DNA of 64,000 nucleotides from an uncultured Armatimonadetes bacterium (GCA_963717145.1 OY970325.1:5248001-5312000), one strand, 5' to 3'. Shown: positions 1 to 9,552, counted from the first letter of the stretch. Program-made: numbers and translations. The notes: generated from the sequence alone by a model not told the origin.

Positions 1-47
1 CGGGCTCCGTCCTCGGCATCACGATGTACCGCTGCTTCCCGTGCTGA
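1..47 (+). CDS. 3' end of a probable DUF6785/DUF6784-type membrane protein (partial)
   Basis: Frame from nt 3 reads GSVLGITMYRCFPC*, resembling the C-terminus of 22138..24117 (IVLGIPTYDFWPGKM). Confidence 0.45.
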   Translation, partial: GSVLGITMYRCFPC

Positions 48-73
48 TGGTCGATGGTTGATGGTTGATGGGG
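47..73. repeat. ATGGTTG heptamer tandem repeat (half element)
   Basis: atggtcg atggttg atggttg atgggg directly after a stop codon; same family as 33878, 58160, 59895 and 61062. Confidence 0.7.
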
Positions 74-219
74 AAACGTCAGCCCTGAGTGTGCTGGTGA
101 ATGACGTCGTGTATAGAAGGGCGGGCCACCGAAGGGAGGACATTCCGACGACCGCTGACGGGCAGTTCCCGCTAGTTGTGCCTGCCCCCCGTTTCTTGTC
201 CCTCATTTCTGTCCGGTGA

Positions 220-245
220 AGGAACTCCTCGGCATAAAGATGAAT
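220..245 (+). promoter_or_regulatory. SigH-like promoter AGGA-N18-GAAT
   Basis: AGGA 220-223 and GAAT 242-245, 36 nt before ATG 282; same spacing recurs upstream of several other genes. Confidence 0.5.
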
Positions 246-281
246 GCTCTAATCACTAGCTAACCCGCAGAGGTAGGGCGC

Positions 282-1535
282 ATGGGCGACAAGCCAAAGA
301 AGGTTCGGACACCGATACCGGCGGAGATCGAGCGGCAAGTAAAAGTCGAGGCAGGCTTTCGCTGCAGCATACCAAGATGTGGAAGCACGTCAGTCTTGGA
401 GATCCACCATATCGATGAAGACGCGAGCAATCATGATTCCACGAATCTGCTTGTTCTCTGTTCAATCTGTCACGCGCGTATAACCAGAGGGGAGATCGAC
501 CAGAAAGCTTGCCGGATGATCAAGCAGGCCATGCTCTCACACGGCGCGTCACAAGATGAGTTGCTCGCTATCAAGGACACCATCTTCTCAGAGATGCGCA
601 GGCTGGTTGGTCAGCAGGATGTGTCCAGACCTCTTGACGAAGCCGAGAAGGGGAATATCGGAGTCCCTCTTGGCGTCTTGGACTCGAGTGGAAGACCGGA
701 GAATGGCTTGGTTCCCGTGCGCCCGCCGTTCGCAGATGATCTGAGGATCGACGAGAAAGCGGCTATCATGGACGCTCGGGCGCTCACCGAAGTCGACTAC
801 ATATTCTTTCGGCGTTACTCGGATGGTCGCTCCTCTGTTATCTCTGCGTACGTTGTCGATAACACCGACGATAGGCTTACTCACGATGGGCTTGCCCAAC
901 TGCATCGAAAAGTCTGGCTGCGTGGCACAGTCCCCCTGCTCTACGTCTTCCAGCATACTCACATAGACCTGCTCGCCTGTGCAAGAGGAGCGGACTTCTG
1001 GAGAGATGACGAGGACAGATGCCACTACAACCCTGTGAAATGTATACAGATTGCCGGTGACATAACTAATGAACTGAAACGCCTAGCCGAAGGGACGTTT
1101 TGGGAAGACCCGGCCAACAGGGAACTTGCCGATTATACAAAAGCTTCACACCAGTGTTTGATACAGGCCGTTGTCGAGGCGGATCGCGACCTAAGAGGTA
1201 AGGAGAACCCGACACTCCGTCATCTCCTCCTACTGATGGTGCTGATCAAGTACCTGGAGGATCGCCGTGTTTTTCCGGAGGGTCGGCTATCGCAATTCAG
1301 GCCGAGTGCGGAGACCTTCTTCGACATACTCCGAGGTGGCGATCCATCCCAAGTCTACGAATGCCTGGATGCCCTGGAATCCAGGTTTGATGGCGATATA
1401 TTCGCGTTACCCCGCGTCGATATTACCTCTGAGAGACTACACAGCTTCGCTCGTCTTGTTGAAGCGAGAACGATAGGGCACCAGAGATATCTCTGGACCA
1501 GTTTTCATTCGAATACCTGCCGGTGGAGATCATAA
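282..1535 (+). CDS. HNH endonuclease domain fused to the N-terminal region of an N6-adenine DNA methyltransferase (5' part of a frameshifted gene)
   Basis: RCSIPRC...LEIHHIDED...NLLVLCSICHARI is an HNH motif. Adding one G at 1495-1496 gives YLWDQFSFEYLPVEIISHLYQRF, joining the next ORF. Confidence 0.75.
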   Translation: MGDKPKKVRTPIPAEIERQVKVEAGFRCSIPRCGSTSVLEIHHIDEDASNHDSTNLLVLCSICHARITRGEIDQKACRMIKQAMLSHGASQDELLAIKDTIFSEMRRLVGQQDVSRPLDEAEKGNIGVPLGVLDSSGRPENGLVPVRPPFADDLRIDEKAAIMDARALTEVDYIFFRRYSDGRSSVISAYVVDNTDDRLTHDGLAQLHRKVWLRGTVPLLYVFQHTHIDLLACARGADFWRDDEDRCHYNPVKCIQIAGDITNELKRLAEGTFWEDPANRELADYTKASHQCLIQAVVEADRDLRGKENPTLRHLLLLMVLIKYLEDRRVFPEGRLSQFRPSAETFFDILRGGDPSQVYECLDALESRFDGDIFALPRVDITSERLHSFARLVEARTIGHQRYLWTSFHSNTCRWRS

Positions 1536-3475
1536 GTCATCTGTATCAACGCTTCGTTGAAGGTGGTCATGGGGCAGTCTACACCCCACCGTTCCTCGCT
1601 GCGCTTCTACTAGATCATGCGATGCCCTACGAAGGGCTACGGGGTGACGAACGAGTGCTCGACCCGGCGTGCGGCTCCGGCGTATTCCTAGTCGCTGCTT
1701 TTCGTAGACTCGTCAATCACTGGCGAAGCAAACACGGGTGGAAGCCGCCCGATGTAGAGGTGCTCAAATCCATCGCAAAGCATAGCATATTTGGCGTTGA
1801 GCTTGATGAGTTCGCGGTCAGTCTCACGGCTTTCAGTTTGTCATTGGCCATCTGTGACTCATTACATCCCAACGTTATCTGGGACAGGCTGAAGTTTGAT
1901 CCCTTGTGTCATTCGAATGTGCTACAATCCGACTTCTTTGAGGTACTGCTTGCCTCTAGGTTAGGCAAGCGTACGATTCTGAATGATGAGTTCGATGTAG
2001 TGCTTGGCAATCCTCCCTTCGTGAGCATTCTGTCTGAGGCAGCCAGTGAAGTGAACCGCGTTTCTAGACGAGATACTTCCCGTGTACCAGTCTCCGACAA
2101 GCAGTTAGCTTATCTGTTTCTAGAGCAATCCTTTAGCATTCTTCGCCCTGGGGGTCGAGTCTGCCTTATTCAGCCTGCGGGATTGCTTCACAACAGGATG
2201 GCCAAGGCGTTCCAGCAGGGCTTGTTTCGGAAGCAGACGATCCATGCGATTCTGGATTTGGCTTCCATACGTAATCTTTACGACGGGGCCGATCCCAGGA
2301 CCATCGCAGTCTCGGCCACACACAGCCCGCCAAGAAGCGATCATTGGATCGAGCATCTGGTGTTTCGTCGTACAGTTAGCGTCAGAGAACGGATATGTTT
2401 CGAGCTAGATCACTATGATCGTTTCACGGTGTCCCAGCATGACGCGCAGACCGACCCCTATGTATGGAGGGTGAATCTATTCGGTGGAGGTCGTCTTCTC
2501 GATCTTTCCAGAAGACTAAGAGAGATGCCGACACTGCGGCAGCATCTCGACCATATGACTGAACGCAGGGGATGGGAGTATGGGGAAGGGTATATCGCAG
2601 GAAAGAAGGGCAAGAGATCGAGAGCCCTGTTCCTAACTGGCAAACCGCTCCTGCCAGCAGTGGCCTTCACAGATGAAGGGATAGATCACACCCAGCTGTC
2701 TACCGTGAAGGAGACCACCTTTGCTTCTCCCCGCAGAGAAGCATTCTACACGCCGCCACTTATCTTAATTAAGGAAACAGCCTCTCTTCCCATAGTCCTA
2801 TGGGATGAGGGGCCGATCGCATACGGACATAGGATTGTGGGCATACACGCGCCATCGGCGCAATCAGCCGTCTTGCAGTCTATGTATCAGATGCTCAGAG
2901 AGCGGCATGCTACATATCGGTTCTGTACCGCTCTACATAGTACGGAAGCGGGGATAGACAGAGCTACCTCCATCCGAAAGCAGGATCTGGATGCCCTTCC
3001 ATATCCCGAAAACGCGGAAGAGCTAGCCTTCTGTGATTGGGAGCAGTCACTCTGTGATGACGTCACTGGCCTGATGTTTGACTACTTACTGAAGGGAGAG
3101 GAGTCAATCCTTCTCAGGACAGCGGCAAGCAATGGAGAACTTGATCAGTACTCAGGCACGTTTGTCCAGATGCTAGGAAGCATCTACCCGAACCTCAAGG
3201 CATCCTTTCCACGGTTCACGAACGGCCTCATCTGCCAACCTTTCTACTTCGACGAACTGCCAGATTTGTCATGGCTAGATGAGCCGATGTCGGGCAAGCT
3301 GGACGCGCTTATCTATGACCAGCGGCAGCATCTGCGAACGGTCCGTGTATTGCGTCTATACCTGGATAATGTGCTGCTGCTGATCAAGCCTGACAGGTTG
3401 CGGTATTGGATCAGATCTACGGCCATTCGTGATGCAGATGAAACATTGCTTCACCTACAGGAGTGGGGTTACTAG
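1523..3475 (+). CDS. N-6 DNA methylase (gamma class, type IIG/Eco57I-like) with C-terminal target-recognition region (3' part)
   Basis: Motif X GAVYTP, motif I DPACGSG, motif IV GNPPF. Confidence 0.9.
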   Translation: MEIISHLYQRFVEGGHGAVYTPPFLAALLLDHAMPYEGLRGDERVLDPACGSGVFLVAAFRRLVNHWRSKHGWKPPDVEVLKSIAKHSIFGVELDEFAVSLTAFSLSLAICDSLHPNVIWDRLKFDPLCHSNVLQSDFFEVLLASRLGKRTILNDEFDVVLGNPPFVSILSEAASEVNRVSRRDTSRVPVSDKQLAYLFLEQSFSILRPGGRVCLIQPAGLLHNRMAKAFQQGLFRKQTIHAILDLASIRNLYDGADPRTIAVSATHSPPRSDHWIEHLVFRRTVSVRERICFELDHYDRFTVSQHDAQTDPYVWRVNLFGGGRLLDLSRRLREMPTLRQHLDHMTERRGWEYGEGYIAGKKGKRSRALFLTGKPLLPAVAFTDEGIDHTQLSTVKETTFASPRREAFYTPPLILIKETASLPIVLWDEGPIAYGHRIVGIHAPSAQSAVLQSMYQMLRERHATYRFCTALHSTEAGIDRATSIRKQDLDALPYPENAEELAFCDWEQSLCDDVTGLMFDYLLKGEESILLRTAASNGELDQYSGTFVQMLGSIYPNLKASFPRFTNGLICQPFYFDELPDLSWLDEPMSGKLDALIYDQRQHLRTVRVLRLYLDNVLLLIKPDRLRYWIRSTAIRDADETLLHLQEWGY

Positions 3476-3477
3476 TC

Positions 3478-4218
3478 ATGAACAGCGGTTATCCCTACTC
3501 AGCGCCAATCGGGAGGATCACAGCGGGTATTGAGCTGGGCACACTCGCTAACAAGATTATCGATTTCGTTCGCCAGCAGCTGCCAGCATGGAGGGACCAC
3601 CCCGACCGTGATGATGTCCAGTCGGAGTTCCGCCTAACCTCCCAACTCTGTGTATTCCTCAATGCCAGGGCGCGCCAGGCTCGCTTCTCTATGATCCAGT
3701 TCCATCACGAGCTACCGCAGCCCCGGAGTCGAAGCGTCGATCTATCAGTACATCCGTTGGATCCCCTGCAGATCGATGCCCGACTCTTCTCAGTATTTCA
3801 CCCAGTTCTGGTGTTAGAGTGCAAGCGACTTCCCCCTCCAGATCCAAAACGCGAGAGGGAGTATGTGACAGGCGATGCGAACAAGCGGAGCGGCGGCATA
3901 CAACGTTTCAAATTGGGTTTGCATGGTTCTGACACCGATGTCGCGGGTATGATTGGATTTCTCCAGGAGGCCACCGCTCCACATTGGCATAGCACAATCA
4001 ACGGATGGATTCTTGAGCTATGCAACGGCACTCCGGCCGATGGATGTACTTGGAGCAGTGACGAGGTTCTATCGGAGATCGATTGCAGTGTTTCCGGTGG
4101 CGTTACCAGCTACTGCTCAGTTCACTCGAGGACTTCCTCAAGATCAGGCCAGCCTATCACCATCCATCATGTGTGGGTTGCGATGAACCAGCTACAGGGT
4201 GCTTGTAGAACGAGTTGA
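3478..4218 (+). CDS. Putative PD-(D/E)xK-fold nuclease coupled to the methylase
   Basis: ATG 3 nt after the MTase stop; SVDLSV...VLECKRL fits a D...ExK signature. Confidence 0.6.
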   Translation: MNSGYPYSAPIGRITAGIELGTLANKIIDFVRQQLPAWRDHPDRDDVQSEFRLTSQLCVFLNARARQARFSMIQFHHELPQPRSRSVDLSVHPLDPLQIDARLFSVFHPVLVLECKRLPPPDPKREREYVTGDANKRSGGIQRFKLGLHGSDTDVAGMIGFLQEATAPHWHSTINGWILELCNGTPADGCTWSSDEVLSEIDCSVSGGVTSYCSVHSRTSSRSGQPITIHHVWVAMNQLQGACRTS

Positions 4219-4398
4219 TGCCGGTAAGTGGGGTGGTTGGTGGGGCTATCTCAGGGAAAGATGTGACCAAATCGTTCTACAGGGGTTCTGTAGAACGATT
4301 TGACGCCGGTAAGTGGGGTATTTGGTGGAGGTAACTCACGGAAAGACGCCGCCAACGCGGTCTACAGACAGTCTGTAGACGGAGTTGGCGGCGTTTTC
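4192..4398. repeat. 85-bp tandem repeat with three CTACAG-N5-(C/T)TGTAG palindromic cores
   Basis: Cores start at 4192, 4277 and 4362. Perfect 15-bp inverted repeat caaatcgttctacag/ctgtagaacgatttg around the middle core. Confidence 0.85.
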
Positions 4399-4589
4399 AT
4401 GCCGATTGGGAATCACTGCTGGGGAGTTTGCGCCGTCCGGTAGCCGAGGGAACCCTGCTGAGAGCCGAGTGGCAGGCCATAATATCTAATAGGTAACGAG
4501 TAATGAGTAAGCAGGAGGAACGCGCGCTCATCTTTCGCCGGTCATTACTTGTTACCCATTACCCATTGCGCCTTACCGGGAGGATACCC

Positions 4590-5249
4590 ATGGCTGGAGA
4601 TTATGTTCCACATTCGGAGTTGAAGCTGATCAGTTGGGCGGAGAAGTTCGTGGGCTTCCTGGAGGATCATGCCGCCGAGACCGGCCTGCCTCCCGAGGAA
4701 CTGGCGGCGGTCCGGTCGGAGTTCGATGAGTTCGCAAGCGCCTTTGCCGCGCACGACGCCGCTCGGGTTCACGCAAAGGCAATGTGCAGCGTGAAGGATG
4801 ATGCCCGGCGGCCACTGGTGAACAGACTTCGCTCGATCGCCACGCGCGTGAAGGTCAATATGACCATCGATGCCGAGGTCAAGAACGGGGCACGGGCAGT
4901 CATCGGCAAGTCGCCTCGACACCCGCGGATGGGAGTATCCGACGACCGCCCGCACGCGATCATAGATACCGGGCAGCGGCTGAGGCACATCTTCCGCATC
5001 ATGAACGAGAATACACAGGGCATACACAAGGCTCGGCCGTCGGATGTCGTCGCCTGCGAGCTTTGGAGGCGGAACGGCGATGGGACCGGCGACTGGAAAT
5101 ACGTTGGCGGCAAGTCGGGCAAGCCGTTTGCTATCCTGTATCGCGAGGAGGACTCCGGCAAGCAGGTGCAGTACCGGCTGCGCTGGGTCGGCCGCCAGGG
5201 TGTTAAGGGCGGCTGGAGCGGAATCAAGATCGCGACGATCGCGGCGTAA
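4590..5249 (+). CDS. Hypothetical cytoplasmic protein, N-terminal helical domain plus C-terminal Fn3-like beta-sandwich (paralogue of 34016..34690)
   Basis: GGAGG RBS before ATG 4590; DYVPHSE...W and YRLRW...GVKGGWS...ATIAA align with the paralogue; no signal peptide. Confidence 0.8.
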   Translation: MAGDYVPHSELKLISWAEKFVGFLEDHAAETGLPPEELAAVRSEFDEFASAFAAHDAARVHAKAMCSVKDDARRPLVNRLRSIATRVKVNMTIDAEVKNGARAVIGKSPRHPRMGVSDDRPHAIIDTGQRLRHIFRIMNENTQGIHKARPSDVVACELWRRNGDGTGDWKYVGGKSGKPFAILYREEDSGKQVQYRLRWVGRQGVKGGWSGIKIATIAA

Positions 5250-5393
5250 TGCGGAATGCGGATTGCGGAATGGGGCGGGGACGATGGGGTCCCCGCCCAT
5301 CCTGCATTCTTGTCTGAGCCGGACGAAAGACACCGGCATACTCAGGGCTGACGGGGTGGGGGAGCGAACACCTGTGCCCAACATGCTCCTTCG

Positions 5394-5494
5394 AAAGAAA
5401 CTCCCTACTGGGTGGGCGGGCGGGTACAAACTCCGGGAACGGCGACCGCATCCGGAGTTTGTACCCGCCCGCCCACCCAGTAGGGAGTTTCTTT
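5394..5494. repeat. Perfect 43-bp inverted repeat between convergent genes (REP-like, possible bidirectional terminator)
   Basis: Arms 5394-5436 and 5452-5494 are exact reverse complements; 15-nt loop. Confidence 0.9.
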
Positions 5495-5509
5495 TACTCC
5501 CATACTCCC

Positions 5510-7330
5510 TCACTCCTTGCCTCTGACCATCCAGGCCGTGCTGTGCGGGGGGATAGCGAGCCTCTGGGATGAAAGCCCGGTCGCGGGGAATGCCCTGCCG
5601 GGCGACTCGACGCTGACGGCGGTGGGCGAGTCCCAGTGATTGACCGCGACATCCACCTCGTAGCCATCCCCGACGAGGAGGGCGGTCTCGACGCCCGGGG
5701 TCGCGGGCAGACGGGATGCGCGGAGGGCGTCCGACATCTCTCTGAGAGTCGATTTCAGCGGACCGAGGCCGGAGTCCTCGCCGCCGTCGAGGGAGAGCGT
5801 GATGATCGTCGCCCCGCGCTTCTCGGCATCGGCAAGCGCGTCCCGGAACGCGTCGGAGTAGGGCGCATCGGGGACGACGAGCAGCTTGTACGGGTCGATC
5901 TTGTCGGTGCTGGAGAATGCCCAGTCCACGGGGACATCCGCGTCGTGGAAAGTCTGCCAGATTCGTACCAGGCGGCGGTCGAGCGGGATCTCATCGGCAT
6001 TGCGCATCACATACGCCTCGTAGGGCATCACGATGGCGGCTCGTGAGGGTGCAGGCTTCGCGGCGTAGAGGTAGGGCGCGACCTCCAGGAACGTCTTGTT
6101 CGCGTCGGCGGCTTCCTCGGACGCCTTCTTCTGCCAGAGGGGAGCGTCCGCCTCCCGCCGGCCCGTGGCGATGACGCCCGCGCGGTCGTCACGTTCGTTG
6201 TAGCCGTAGTGGAGGGGGAGCAAGCCGCGCGCGGACATACTGCCGAGCATCTCCGACTGACCCCACGGGCGGTGGAACTCGACCGGGCGGGCGGTCCACG
6301 CCTTGTAGCCCGAGTCGAGGTAGTAGATCAGCGCGCCGATCCGCCCCACGGAGGCCGACTTCATCAGATCGGCGTCGGCGAGGACGAACTCGAGGCCGTC
6401 GTCGCCGTCCGGTTCGTCGCCGATCACGTCGAAATCCTTCCAAAGCTCGGGCCGGATCGCCCTTCGACCGATGCCGCCCTGGTTGACTCCGCTCTTGCTG
6501 CCTTCGAGGAGTCCGTGCTGGCGGAACGCGACCATCGTGTAGAGGCCGGGGAACTTCGCCTTGAGCCCGCGAGCGACCTGGCCCCAGCCGTCCGCAATGT
6601 ACTGAGCGCGGAACTCGCCCCAGAGGAGGAGGGCGTCCTGCCTGTCGGTGTCGGTCGACTTCGGCGGCGTATCGGCGATCACCTTGCCGACGTGCTGCTT
6701 CTGGTACTCGATCCATGCGGCATTCGTGTCGGCGGAGTACTCCAGCCAGTCGCCGTTGTAGTCGGCCATGCCTGTCTCATAGATCACGAGCATGAGCGGA
6801 TGATGCTTGCCGTCTGGCCCGAGGATTCGGGGCCACGCGGGATGGTCGATGTAGCGGGCGATCATCTGCGCCTCGTAATCGACCATGGCGGACACCCACT
6901 CGGGATCGCCCCACCGGGCGACGCATCCCGGGCAGAAGTTGGTCGGCGGCGCGCCCATCTCGGTGATCGGCGGCTCATGGCGCTGGGCGAACGGACCGCC
7001 CGCGTGGTAGTTCGCGTTCCACTGATCGGGCATCACCATCAGGCCGAGGCGCTCTGCGGTGGCGTAGTAGTGGTCCCAGACCTCGCCGAGCGAGAGATGC
7101 GTGTAGTCGGTATAGGCGACGGTCCATCCCCGGGCGACGACATCCTCGAGGTCGCGGTCCATGAGCGCGTACTCGGAGGGGAAGTCGTAGTACCGCTCGT
7201 AGTACATCGTGGAGACGAACGGCTTCCCGTTCTGGAGCATGCCGGTGAACGCCTTCGGCGGCTCGGGGATGTCGGCGGCCATCGCGCCGGATATGGTGGA
7301 TATTGCGATCATCAGAATCACCGCTTTCAT
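5510..7330 (-). CDS. Secreted GH42-like glycoside hydrolase (TIM barrel plus trimerisation-like domain)
   Basis: Signal peptide MKAVILMIAISTISGAMAA after an AAGGAGA RBS; C-terminal AAIVMPYE...YKLLVVP architecture. Confidence 0.6.
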   Translation of the reverse strand: MKAVILMIAISTISGAMAADIPEPPKAFTGMLQNGKPFVSTMYYERYYDFPSEYALMDRDLEDVVARGWTVAYTDYTHLSLGEVWDHYYATAERLGLMVMPDQWNANYHAGGPFAQRHEPPITEMGAPPTNFCPGCVARWGDPEWVSAMVDYEAQMIARYIDHPAWPRILGPDGKHHPLMLVIYETGMADYNGDWLEYSADTNAAWIEYQKQHVGKVIADTPPKSTDTDRQDALLLWGEFRAQYIADGWGQVARGLKAKFPGLYTMVAFRQHGLLEGSKSGVNQGGIGRRAIRPELWKDFDVIGDEPDGDDGLEFVLADADLMKSASVGRIGALIYYLDSGYKAWTARPVEFHRPWGQSEMLGSMSARGLLPLHYGYNERDDRAGVIATGRREADAPLWQKKASEEAADANKTFLEVAPYLYAAKPAPSRAAIVMPYEAYVMRNADEIPLDRRLVRIWQTFHDADVPVDWAFSSTDKIDPYKLLVVPDAPYSDAFRDALADAEKRGATIITLSLDGGEDSGLGPLKSTLREMSDALRASRLPATPGVETALLVGDGYEVDVAVNHWDSPTAVSVESPGRAFPATGLSSQRLAIPPHSTAWMVRGKE

Positions 7331-7360
7331 AGTTCGATCTCCTTCGGGAGCGCCGATCAC

Positions 7361-7479
7361 GTTCGGGCTGGAGTTGTACTCCAGCCCGCATAACTGACCG
7401 CGGAGTTGGACTCCGCTCGGACGGGGAGTACAACTCCCCTGGTTAGTGTCGCGTGCCGGAGTACAACTCCGGCACGAAC
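7361..7479. repeat. Composite REP element with four GGAG-N5-CTCC hairpins
   Basis: cgggctggag-ttgta-ctccagcccg, gcggag-ttgga-ctccgc, ggggag-tacaa-ctcccc, cgtgccggag-tacaa-ctccggcacg; the outer pair are inverted copies. Confidence 0.8.
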
Positions 7480-7486
7480 AGGGTGG

Positions 7487-8995
7487 TTATGTCTTGGTCT
7501 CCAATTTGGCCGGGCTTTCGCCGGACCGAATACGGGCGTACTCGATCAACCCGGCGAAGGGGTTCGCGTCCTTGTAGCCCCCGACGAGCGAGCCGTGGTC
7601 CACTCCGACCTGCAGACCCTCGACCGGCTTCACCGGGAGCCGGCCGATGTCGTTCGAGGCGACGAGCTTCCTGTCCACCCACAACTGCGCGCCCTTCGAC
7701 GTGAGATTGGCGTTGATGCGGGACCATCCCTCGCCGATCGGATACTTCGCCGCGACCTCGGTCAGCGCCCCGTCGATGCGGATCGCGAGCGTGGGGATTC
7801 TATCCCTAAGGTAGAGCGCGTACCCGTGGCTCTCTCCTCCCTGGGCGAGGATGACGCCATCCGACTCGGGCTTCACCATTGCCTCCACGTTCCAGTCGAT
7901 CGCGCCGGGATCGAGGCTCTTGGAGGGTGGGACATCGACGAAATCGCCTTTCGCGAGCTTCAAGACCTTCTTGCCGCCGTCTTCCACGAACGTCCCGCCG
8001 TGGAGCGTGCCATGGTTCCCCTGGCCGGAGAGATCATCAGCGTTCCCCTTGCTGAAGTCGAAACTCAGCACCGGGCCGATCACCCGCTCGACCTTCTCAC
8101 CGACGACCGGCGGCGCTCCGAGTTGGACTCCCTCGGGGTAGCCGGTCGCCTTTTTGAGCCGTGCAAGTTCCTTCCGCATCTCCTTGAGCCTGACCGCATG
8201 AGCCGGATCCTGCGCGAGGTTGTGCATCTCGATGGGATCGGCCTTCAGGTCGTACAGCTCGTCGATGTCGTTCATGTCCGGATAGGTGCAGTACTTCCAT
8301 CGATCCGTGCGGACGCCGAGCATGAGGGGAAGGCCCGCCGCCCAAGACTCGCGGAAGTATTCGTACAGGAACGACTCGTGGCCCGGCTTGCCCTTCAGGA
8401 CGGGGACCATCGAGCGCCCCTGCATGCCCTCGGGGATCTTCACGCCCGCGAGTTCGAGCACGGTCGGCGCAAGGTCGATGTTCAACACAGTGCCGTCCAC
8501 CTTGCTGCCTGCCTTGACGAGCTTCGGGTAGCGCACGAGCATCGGGATGCGGATCGATTCCTCATACATCAGCCGCTTGTCGCCGAGTCCGTGCTCGCCG
8601 ACGAAGTATCCGTTGTCGCCCGCGAAGACGATGATCGTGTTGTCGAGCTTCCCGGCCTTCTCCAGCGTATCGAGCACGCGCCCGATGCTCTCGTCGATCC
8701 CGAGGATCGTGCGGTAGTAGTCCATCATACCCTTGCCGTTCCAGTCACCGCGCTTTATCTCGTCGGGGATCGGCTGGCCCTCGCTCGCGGCCCACTGGTT
8801 GCGCTGCATACCATGGGTGAACGCGCGTCTCATCCACTTCGGCTTGTCGGCGAACGTGTCCTTGAAGCTCGCGGGCTCGGGGATGGAGTCGTCGGCGAAT
8901 GCATCCCTGTGCCGGGGCGCGGGGTGAAGGGCCCGTGCACCGCCTTGTGGGAGAGCACCATGCAGAACGGCTGGGTCCGATCCTTCCTCAGCCAC
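7487..8995 (-). CDS. Sulfatase C-terminal part plus LamG/concanavalin A-like domain (3' part of frameshifted gene 7487..9552)
   Basis: GDNGYFVGEHG and ELYDLKADP motifs followed by a beta-sandwich; adding one base in G4 at 8921-8924 restores FTPAPRH as in the paralogue. Confidence 0.85.
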   Translation of the reverse strand: MAEEGSDPAVLHGALPQGGARALHPAPRHRDAFADDSIPEPASFKDTFADKPKWMRRAFTHGMQRNQWAASEGQPIPDEIKRGDWNGKGMMDYYRTILGIDESIGRVLDTLEKAGKLDNTIIVFAGDNGYFVGEHGLGDKRLMYEESIRIPMLVRYPKLVKAGSKVDGTVLNIDLAPTVLELAGVKIPEGMQGRSMVPVLKGKPGHESFLYEYFRESWAAGLPLMLGVRTDRWKYCTYPDMNDIDELYDLKADPIEMHNLAQDPAHAVRLKEMRKELARLKKATGYPEGVQLGAPPVVGEKVERVIGPVLSFDFSKGNADDLSGQGNHGTLHGGTFVEDGGKKVLKLAKGDFVDVPPSKSLDPGAIDWNVEAMVKPESDGVILAQGGESHGYALYLRDRIPTLAIRIDGALTEVAAKYPIGEGWSRINANLTSKGAQLWVDRKLVASNDIGRLPVKPVEGLQVGVDHGSLVGGYKDANPFAGLIEYARIRSGESPAKLETKT

Positions 8996-9552
8996 CTGAG
9001 GGCGTAGTCGGTCAGGATGTCGCTCATGTACCCCTTGGCCCTGAACTCGCGACCGTTCTCGTTCAGCTTCGGGTCCTCATAGACTCCCTGCCCGAGGAAG
9101 CTGAGCCAGTAGTCGAATCCCGGGCGAGGATTCGACGTCGGGGCCTGATGCCACTTCCCCACGAACGCGGTATCGTAGCCAGCATCCTGGAGAAGCTTGG
9201 GGAACGTGGGACATGAGGGATCGGGATCGAAGCCCTCGTTGGTGACGACGCCGTGCTTGTGGGCATAGGTCCCGGTCAGGAAGCACGCTCGGCTCGGGGA
9301 GCAGAGCGCGATCGTGACGAACGCATTCCGGACGTGCGCTCCCTCGCGGGCGATGCGGTCGAGGTTCGGCGTCTTGAACCACGACGGGTGACCCATGAAC
9401 CCCATTGCGTCATGGCGCTGGTCGTCGGTCAGGATGAAGAGGATGTTCGGCCGCTCGCCTGCATCGGCCTCATCCATGGAGAGCCCGGCGGCGAGTACCC
9501 CGGCTGTTGCCATCCCCCGACTCAGGAATTCACGTCGTGTGATTGTGGTCAT
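8830..9552 (-). CDS. Tat-exported sulfatase, N-terminal part
   Basis: TRREFL Tat signal, PNILFILTDD, CSPSR and GKWH motifs. Confidence 0.85.
   Translation of the reverse strand: MTTITRREFLSRGMATAGVLAAGLSMDEADAGERPNILFILTDDQRHDAMGFMGHPSWFKTPNLDRIAREGAHVRNAFVTIALCSPSRACFLTGTYAHKHGVVTNEGFDPDPSCPTFPKLLQDAGYDTAFVGKWHQAPTSNPRPGFDYWLSFLGQGVYEDPKLNENGREFRAKGYMSDILTDYALRWLRKDRTQPFCMVLSHKAVHGPFTPRPGTGMHSPTTPSPSPRASRTRSPTSRSG

Noticed and set aside
1480-1535. Programmed ribosomal frameshift in the MTase gene
   Set aside because: No slippery heptamer is evident at the junction, and many similar indels in the window favour sequencing error.
4192-4398. CRISPR array
   Set aside because: The sequence between cores is conserved rather than unique spacers, there are only 2-3 units, and no cas genes are present.
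8118-8132. GGAG-TTGGA-CTCC motif inside the sulfatase gene as a REP insertion
   Set aside because: It encodes PEGVQL, which is conserved in the paralogue (PEGVQV), so it is likely coincidental.
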